From the sequence record NC_031107.2: a stretch of DNA of 64,000 nucleotides. One strand, given 5' to 3'. Made by a program: the position numbers and the translations under genes. Below the pieces are notes generated by a model that did not search any database, was not told the DNA's origin, and was given only the letters and a program-made list of their open reading frames with translations. The stretch's first letter is position 1; every line of letters begins with the position of its first letter. Shown one piece after another: positions 1-5,106 of the stretch.

Positions 1-504
1 ATGACCACAATCGCCTACGACGGGAAAACCCTCGCGGGTGATTCCCAAACGACCCAAGGCGATATCCGCCTGTCGATGCACGCTGTGAAAATCTTTACAC
101 CGCAACCAGGTGAGTCCTGGGTGGTGAACGGGGAGCGTGCAGCATCGTTCGGGGTAGCCGGATGCCTGCAAGGGAACAACGCACTGCGTGAAGCCTTGTC
201 CAGTTGCATGAAGGGTTACCAGGGCTTAACCGGCAGCACACGATTCCCGAAAGGGATTGTGATTAGCTACCTGGTCGTTACCGAGGGTGGTAACGTTTAC
301 GCCGGTGGTCAATACGAGAACGACGAGATGCCATGGCTGACCAAAGTCACAGCACCCATTGCGGTGGGTAGTGGTTCTGAGTTCGCCATCGGTGCGATGG
401 CCGCAGGTGCATCCGCTGCTGACGCAGTGAGTATTGCGGCACGGTTCGATGTGAACACTGGCGGTGAGATTCGGGAGATTAGTCATGTCTCAAAAACAAA
501 ATAA
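1..504 (+). CDS. HslV/proteasome-beta-like Ntn hydrolase (phage type)
   Basis: N-terminus MTTIAYDG..LAGDSQ (Thr nucleophile after Met removal) and IAVGSGSEFAIGAM match the HslV/Ntn pattern. The ORF starts at base 1, so the upstream context is unseen. Confidence 0.7.
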   Translation: MTTIAYDGKTLAGDSQTTQGDIRLSMHAVKIFTPQPGESWVVNGERAASFGVAGCLQGNNALREALSSCMKGYQGLTGSTRFPKGIVISYLVVTEGGNVYAGGQYENDEMPWLTKVTAPIAVGSGSEFAIGAMAAGASAADAVSIAARFDVNTGGEIREISHVSKTK

Positions 505-612
505 ACCTCAGGAAGAACCAAAACAGCTAGGGCTGCGGGATACGGTGTTGACGCTGTTTGGCCAACGCAAGAAATCGCCACCTATCCGCATGGCACCTGA
601 GTGAAGAATTCT

Positions 613-688
613 GGGGGAGTAGTTCAACTGGTAGAGCGTCGGTCTCCAAAACCGAATGTTGCAGGTTCGAGTCCTGTCTCCCCTGCCA
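613..688 (+). tRNA. trnW: tRNA-Trp (CCA)
   Basis: 76-nt cloverleaf: acceptor GGGGGAG/CTCCCCT, anticodon arm TCGGT-CTCCAAA-ACCGA, T loop TTCGAGT, encoded CCA. Confidence 0.95.
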
Positions 689-751
689 AATTTAGCCAGC
701 AAGAATGTGAGAAACCACGAGAGGACAATTGACCATTCGCTGGAGATTCTC

Positions 752-976
752 ATGAACTTGTATTTGCTAGAACGTGAAGACGATGTCGGTTACGACGAGT
801 TTGATTCCATAGTCGTTGCTGCTCCTACGGAGCAAGCTGCGCGCGCAACGAAGCCCAACCATGGGCGCTGGACTGATGTGTTTCGCAACGAAGACGGAGT
901 AATCCTGAGATGCAAACACATTGGCACAACGCACTTACCGGAAGGGGTCGTCCACGAATCGTTCAACGCAGGCTGA
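752..976 (+). CDS. small phage hypothetical protein (74 aa)
   Basis: ATG at 752 after GGAGA. The upstream part of the track ORF (656) overlaps tRNA-Trp and is rejected. Confidence 0.65.
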   Translation: MNLYLLEREDDVGYDEFDSIVVAAPTEQAARATKPNHGRWTDVFRNEDGVILRCKHIGTTHLPEGVVHESFNAG

Positions 977-1006
977 ATACCGGTGGGCTTCGGCCCACCA
1001 CACCTT

Positions 1007-1082
1007 GGGGCAATGGCTCGAGTGGTTAGGCGACGAATTGCAAATTCGGATCAGGTCGGTTCAAGTCCGGCTTGCCCCTCCA
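1007..1082 (+). tRNA. trnC: tRNA-Cys (GCA)
   Basis: Acceptor GGGGCAA/TTGCCCC, anticodon loop TTGCAAA, T loop TTCAAGT, encoded CCA. Confidence 0.9.
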
Positions 1083-1215
1083 ACACACTTGGCTCGGTGT
1101 GTTACTTTTGAAATAGAAAACCCGTAGAGCCTTTCGGGGGTGTTGCCAGATGGAGTGCTTGTTACTCTACGGTCTTTCACTCCTGAGCCCTGGCTCACCC
1201 ACCTAAAGGAAAATA

Positions 1216-1644
1216 GTGATGTTTGGATTCTTAAAGAAACGTTCTTCTCGTGCGATGTCTGAAATCAAAAAGTTCGACAAACGCGACCTGGCCGAAGCTG
1301 TGGTAAATGCTGCGTATCTGATTGCGTATGCTGACGGCGAGCTGGAGTCTTCCGAGAAAGCGAAAATCGAACAAGTGCTGCGCGCGAACCCGGTTCTCTC
1401 TAACTTCCAGAGTGAACTTAATGCTATCGCGTCCACGATCATTGCACAGCTGGAAGCCGACATCGACATCGGTCGTCGTGCTGCCCTTCGTCAGATTGCT
1501 GACGTGAAAGGCGACCAGCGTGAGTCCGAAGACGTGCTGGACGTGGCTGTTGCTATCGCCCGCGCGGATGGCGAAATCGAACCTGCCGAAGAAGCGATGC
1601 TGAAACAGATCGCCGAAGCGATGGGTCTGCGTTACGACGCCTAA
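1216..1644 (+). CDS. terB: TerB-family (tellurite-resistance/co-chaperone-like) protein
   Basis: Duplicated TerB-type motifs AYLIAYADGELESSEK and VAVAIARADGEIEPAEEAMLKQIAEAMGL; AAAGGA RBS. Confidence 0.8.
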   Translation: MMFGFLKKRSSRAMSEIKKFDKRDLAEAVVNAAYLIAYADGELESSEKAKIEQVLRANPVLSNFQSELNAIASTIIAQLEADIDIGRRAALRQIADVKGDQRESEDVLDVAVAIARADGEIEPAEEAMLKQIAEAMGLRYDA

Positions 1645-1647
1645 GCC

Positions 1648-1830
1648 ATGAAGCTGAAAACCAAGTTATACATCGCGGCCGCGTTGCTGCTGATGCTGCT
1701 TGGCAACTTCATAGGCCGTGCGTTTACGCTCATTGCCTACGTCGCTGTAATCAGCTTAGTAGCCTACCTGGCATGGCCAGTGATCAAAACCTTTGCCGCT
1801 AAGTCAAAAGCGAAGGCGAAGAAGGTCTGA
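1648..1830 (+). CDS. small two-TM membrane protein
   Basis: 60 aa with two hydrophobic segments and basic termini, located 3 nt after the terB stop. Confidence 0.65.
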   Translation: MKLKTKLYIAAALLLMLLGNFIGRAFTLIAYVAVISLVAYLAWPVIKTFAAKSKAKAKKV

Positions 1831-1892
1831 TTGATGGTGCGGGGTCGTTCCCCCGCACCTCCTCTAATTCTCATCTAAAAATAGGTATAATC

Positions 1893-2729
1893 ATGAGAAA
1901 GCTTCTAATCGGTTTAGTAGCAGCCATTAGCTTTAGCGCGTTTGCAGGACAGGACGTGACCATTACCACCGGTCAACAGGGTTTAACGTACAACGCCACG
2001 TACGGCGTTAATCTTGCCAGTGCTCTGAACGAGTTCGGCAACAAGTCCACAGTGGTACCGTCAAAAGGTTCCCTGGACAACCTGGATAAAGTGGCTGCCG
2101 GTACGGCGCAGCTCGGCTTTACACAGGCAGACGCATTCCAGTTCTGGCGCGCACAGCACCCGAACGAAGCTCAGAACGTAGACATCGTTGGCCAGTTGGG
2201 TGACGAGTGTGTCTTCGTGGCTGTGAAGAAAGACGGTAAGGTCGGTGATGAAGCTGACCTCAAAGACGGCATTAAGATTGCTGTCGGTGAACCGGACTCT
2301 GGCTCATACGCCAGTTGGCAATACCTGCAAGGTTTGGTGAAGCAGTATTCGAAAACCGAAACCTATGCGAAAGGCGGCATCCGTTCTCTGTCCAAAGTGG
2401 CCACGGGTGAATACGACGCGTTCATGTGGGTAAGTGCGCCGGGCAAACCTAATAAGTTTCTGGAAGCGGTTAACCAGGAGAGTTCAGGTCTGAAACTCAT
2501 CGACATGAACAACTGGAACGTCAACGACAAACTGCCTAACGGGCAAGCGGTCTACGAGAAGAAGTCCGCGAAAGTTGACAACAGCGCGTGGTTCGGTGGT
2601 GACGTTAAAGTCCCTTGCACCAAAACACTGGTAGTCGCTAATACCGATGCCGGTGACGATCTGCTGGAAGCCGTTTCATCCATCCTCCTGAAAAATGCAC
2701 CACGCATCATGGGGACGGCCAAACAATAG
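1893..2729 (+). CDS. secreted periplasmic-binding-protein fold, TAXI-TRAP receptor-like
   Basis: Signal peptide MRKLLIGLVAAISFSAFA; motifs ITTGQQGLTY, SKGSLDNL..V..G.AQLGFTQAD and IAVGEPDSGS resemble TAXI solute receptors. Confidence 0.7.
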   Translation: MRKLLIGLVAAISFSAFAGQDVTITTGQQGLTYNATYGVNLASALNEFGNKSTVVPSKGSLDNLDKVAAGTAQLGFTQADAFQFWRAQHPNEAQNVDIVGQLGDECVFVAVKKDGKVGDEADLKDGIKIAVGEPDSGSYASWQYLQGLVKQYSKTETYAKGGIRSLSKVATGEYDAFMWVSAPGKPNKFLEAVNQESSGLKLIDMNNWNVNDKLPNGQAVYEKKSAKVDNSAWFGGDVKVPCTKTLVVANTDAGDDLLEAVSSILLKNAPRIMGTAKQ

Positions 2730-3230
2730 CTGTGTGTTAATTGCACTGACGGGGCTGATATCCCTGTTGGAACGGTTTCATCTTTTGGGGTTGGATGAAG
2801 TGAAGAAACGTGGCACGCCAATAAGTCCACGTTAACCGGATTGCACAAAGAACTATCTGCGGGTAGGCAATCCTGCCGTTATGAACTTATCAGGTGACTA
2901 AACATGGAAGAGTTGTTCAGAGCGTTTCTGTACCGTATGGGTACCTGGTTGAAAGACCTCAAGCTCTGGAAGCTCGATACTTATTGGTTATCAGGATGTG
3001 GGACTGAACGCCATAAACCTGTTTTAGGACGAGAGTCCTCAACCCAGGCGACGTCTATTGTAGACGAAGGTCAAGCACCGGCCCATTAAGCCGACTCGCT
3101 GACATAGGCAACCTTCACCCCACAATCTGAATGTAACTGATGGGATTGAGTTCCCAGTGTGAATGAGCAGCAGTGTGCTGCAGTTGGCGCGGTACCTCAT
3201 ACGGCCGGTACGTCACGAAAAGAAAGTAAG
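2730..3230 (+). ncRNA. candidate large structured ncRNA (class unknown)
   Basis: About 500 nt with no convincing CDS and more than 10 consecutive hairpins, including GAAA and GAGA tetraloops; leads directly into the tRNA array. Confidence 0.4.
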
Positions 3231-3233
3231 TAG

Positions 3234-3301
3234 GGTTGGTGCTTGGAGGCGCTAAGACCGGAGTCCTGCTCTGGCTCAGAAGAAGAAGTCCATCAACCCC
3301 A
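3234..3301 (+). ncRNA. candidate tRNA-like RNA lacking a T arm, CCA-ended
   Basis: GTTGGTG/CATCAAC stem + C + CCA, with two internal hairpins. Confidence 0.4.
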
Positions 3302-3307
3302 CTTAAT

Positions 3308-3383
3308 GCGAGTATAGCTCAGCTGGTAGAGCATCTGGTTCCCAACCAGAGGGTCGTGAGTTCGAATCTCATTACTCGCTCCA
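3308..3383 (+). tRNA. trnG: tRNA-Gly (CCC)
   Basis: Acceptor GCGAGTA/TACTCGC, anticodon arm TCTGG-TTCCCAA-CCAGA, encoded CCA. Confidence 0.95.
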
Positions 3384-3491
3384 ATAAATCAATGACTTAT
3401 AGTGATTTCCCCATTTCGCTACAAGACTGCACCAATATATGTAAAACACCCAAGACGTGTGCGAATTCGAAGTTGAGTTCTCAGACGTATT

Positions 3492-3577
3492 GGCGCGGTA
3501 CTCAAGCGGTCAACGAGAGCAGACTGTAAATCTGTTGCCTTCGGGCTTCGTAGGTTCAAATCCTTCCCTCGCCACCA
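3492..3577 (+). tRNA. trnY: tRNA-Tyr (GTA)
   Basis: Class II tRNA with long variable arm, loop CTGTAAA, T loop TTCAAAT, CCA; one acceptor mismatch. Confidence 0.93.
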
Positions 3578-3583
3578 ATATTT

Positions 3584-3659
3584 GTTCCTGTCGTCTAGTG
3601 GTCCAGGACACCTGGTTTTCAACCAGGCAACCGGAGTTCAATTCTCCGCAGGAACGCCA
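3584..3659 (+). tRNA. trnE: tRNA-Glu (TTC)
   Basis: Acceptor GTTCCTG/CAGGAAC, anticodon arm CCTGG-TTTTCAA-CCAGG, CCA. Confidence 0.93.
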
Positions 3660-3664
3660 AACAA

Positions 3665-3810
3665 TGACACTGACTCACGCCGCCTTTGAGCAGCAGAAGA
3701 AGTCTGGCAGCCAATAAAAGCATCCACCGTCTACTGGGCCTGAGGGTCTCGGATAGAGGGTCGCTAAGCGCAGCCGTATAACTCCGTGGGATTCGGAGAA
3801 GTGTCACCCA
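3665..3810 (+). ncRNA. candidate 146-nt RNA with tRNA-like acceptor and T-like arm
   Basis: TGACACT/AGTGTCA + C + CCA; hairpin CTCCG-TGGGATT-CGGAG at the T-arm position; interior fold unclear. Confidence 0.4.
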
Positions 3811-3814
3811 TTAT

Positions 3815-3891
3815 AGAGCCGTAGTCGAGTTGGTTAAGACGCCTCCCTGTCACGGAGGAGATCGTGGGTTCGAGCCCCATCGGTTCTGCCA
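3815..3891 (+). tRNA. trnD: tRNA-Asp (GTC)
   Basis: Acceptor AGAGCCG/CGGTTCT, anticodon arm CCTCC-CTGTCAC-GGAGG, CCA. Confidence 0.95.
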
Positions 3892-3897
3892 AACATC

Positions 3898-4018
3898 AGT
3901 CACTTAATCTCAATCGGATAGAGACAGAACATTACTTCAACAACACTAGGGTGTCCATGGCACGTTGGCGTTGTGTAATGCGATGAGGTTACAGGTTCGA
4001 GTCCTGTAGTGGCTACCA
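3898..4018 (+). ncRNA. tRNA-shaped RNA with ~45-nt extended anticodon arm (121 nt)
   Basis: Acceptor AGTCACT/AGTGGCT + A + CCA, D arm TCTC/GAGA and canonical T arm ACAGG-TTCGAGT-CCTGT; no 7-nt anticodon loop. Confidence 0.65.
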
Positions 4019-4026
4019 TTTTAAAT

Positions 4027-4103
4027 TGTCTCGTAGCTCAGTTGGTTAGAGCGCTCGCCTGATAAGCGGGAGGTCGGTAGTTCAAGTCTACTCGAGACAA
4101 CCA
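4027..4103 (+). tRNA. trnI: tRNA-Ile (GAT)
   Basis: Acceptor TGTCTCG/CGAGACA, loop CTGATAA, CCA. Confidence 0.95.
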
Positions 4104-4110
4104 GCATTAT

Positions 4111-4191
4111 GGGAACATTGTCACCATCAGTGATGACAGGAGTGATGGATTCGTCCCCACTCGACTGGGTGGAAGCCTGGGTGTTCCCCCA
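4111..4191 (+). ncRNA. non-canonical cloverleaf with G-1:C73 and CCA
   Basis: G + GGAACAT/GTGTTCC + C + CCA; three internal arms, the middle one capped by a TTCG tetraloop instead of an anticodon loop. Confidence 0.5.
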
Positions 4192-4197
4192 TTTAGT

Positions 4198-4275
4198 GGT
4201 GTATGTAGTTCAGCTGGTTAGAATACTGGCTTGTGACGTCAGTGGTCGAGAGTTCGAGTCTCTCCATACACCCCA
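4198..4275 (+). tRNA. trnH: tRNA-His (GTG)
   Basis: G-1, acceptor GTGTATG/CATACAC, C73, loop TTGTGAC, CCA. Confidence 0.95.
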
Positions 4276-4280
4276 GTTCC

Positions 4281-4370
4281 GGAGAATTGTCCGAGTGGCT
4301 GAAAGAGCTCCCCTGCTAAGGGAGTGGTGGCGCAAGCTGCCCGAAGGTTCGAATCCTTCATTCTCCGCCA
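4281..4370 (+). tRNA. trnS: tRNA-Ser (GCT)
   Basis: 90-nt class II tRNA, loop CTGCTAA, long variable arm, G73, CCA. Confidence 0.95.
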
Positions 4371-4377
4371 AATCTAT

Positions 4378-4498
4378 AGTCGCCTAGCTCAAGATTAGAG
4401 CACACCTTACGACCAATACTGACCAACACGCACCGCGGTGCAATAATGGCGGTGGCGTAGTGGTGCGGTTACCGGTTCAAGTCCGGTGGTGACTTCCC
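4378..4498 (+). ncRNA. second tRNA-shaped RNA with extended anticodon arm (121 nt)
   Basis: Acceptor AGTCGCC/GGTGACT, D arm GCTC-AAGATTA-GAGC, T arm ACCGG-TTCAAGT-CCGGT; ends T-CCC; ~45-nt paired insertion in the anticodon arm. Confidence 0.65.
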
Positions 4499-4504
4499 TA
4501 CAAT

Positions 4505-4583
4505 GAACCCGTTAGCTTGAGGAAAAAGCACCCGACCCATAATCGGATTTTTCACTGGTTCGAATCCAGTACGGTGTTCGCGA
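4505..4583 (+). tRNA. degenerate tRNA with CAT anticodon (Met/Ile2-like, possible pseudo-tRNA)
   Basis: T arm ACTGG-TTCGAAT-CCAGT and anticodon arm CCGA-CCCATAA-TCGG, but C33, a bulged acceptor and a 3-prime end GCGA instead of NCCA. Confidence 0.5.
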
Positions 4584-4588
4584 TTTAT

Positions 4589-4664
4589 GACTCTGTAGTT
4601 CAGTTGGTAGAACGGATGACTGTTAATTATCTCGTCGCAGGTTCGAGTCCTGCCGGAGTCGCCA
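4589..4664 (+). tRNA. trnN: tRNA-Asn (GTT)
   Basis: Acceptor GACTCTG/CGGAGTC, anticodon arm GATGA-CTGTTAA-TTATC, CCA. Confidence 0.95.
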
Positions 4665-4669
4665 CTTTT

Positions 4670-4940
4670 GTGTTACCCTTGTCCCGGAGACATTCCTAAG
4701 ACAAATCCATCCATGGTCGGGGGTAGCACGAAAAACCATTCGCTGTTCCGTATCCTTTACGTTAGTCTCCAGACGCGTTTCGGGGTACGGGATGGTGAAC
4801 CACTTTCTGGTTGCATCATCATTTCCGTGAACCCTGCCTGGTGCGTTGGTGCGGATGTAACCGGAATCAATTAGCCCATGCCGATGCGCTAAATGTCTTC
4901 CGAACGCGACCCGCGTTCTGCCCAGGAAGACGCTCCTGTT
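4670..4940 (+). ncRNA. run of long GU-rich stem-loops, candidate small RNAs
   Basis: 11-, 17- and 13-bp closing stems at 4670-4729, 4739-4799 and 4805-4866, followed by CCA, CCA and TCA; two further hairpins to 4940. Confidence 0.45.
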
Positions 4941-4967
4941 GTAATTTCAATGCCAGTACCAGGGAAG

Positions 4968-5009
4968 CACCCACTCTTCGGAGTGGGTGTATTCTTTTTT
5001 TATTTTTTT
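4968..5009 (+). terminator. intrinsic terminator ending the tRNA operon
   Basis: CACCCACTC-TTCG-GAGTGGGTG followed by a long T tract. Confidence 0.85.
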
Positions 5010-5106
5010 GCATTCGAAAATATCACAGATATATTTTACCTATACGAGATGAGAAAACCTTATCTCCAAGCGACCCATTCGACTATAGCCTTAAAGGAGT
5101 TATACC

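Noticed and set aside
2904-3089. 61-aa ORF
   Set aside because: Lies inside the hairpin-dense tract with an atypical composition; not excluded, but too weak to list as a CDS.
2860-3292. Group I intron (GGCAATCCTG, GGGACTGAACG and AAGTCC resemble Q/R/S elements)
   Set aside because: P7 would have a G bulge and a mismatch, no convincing P3/P4, and no flanking exon identified; left for cmscan.
2751-3304. tmRNA (starts GGGGCTGA, ends CCCCAC)
   Set aside because: No G3-U70 pair, a C-A mismatch in the would-be acceptor, no TTCRA T arm and no ACCA at that register.
3384-3491. 108-nt spacer between tRNA-Gly and tRNA-Tyr as another tRNA mimic
   Set aside because: It has two 6-bp hairpins but no closing stem or CCA.
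3236-4874. Short ORFs in the track (3236, 3419, 3457, 3619, 4109, 4517, 4668)
   Set aside because: They overlap clear tRNAs or structured RNAs and are chance ORFs.
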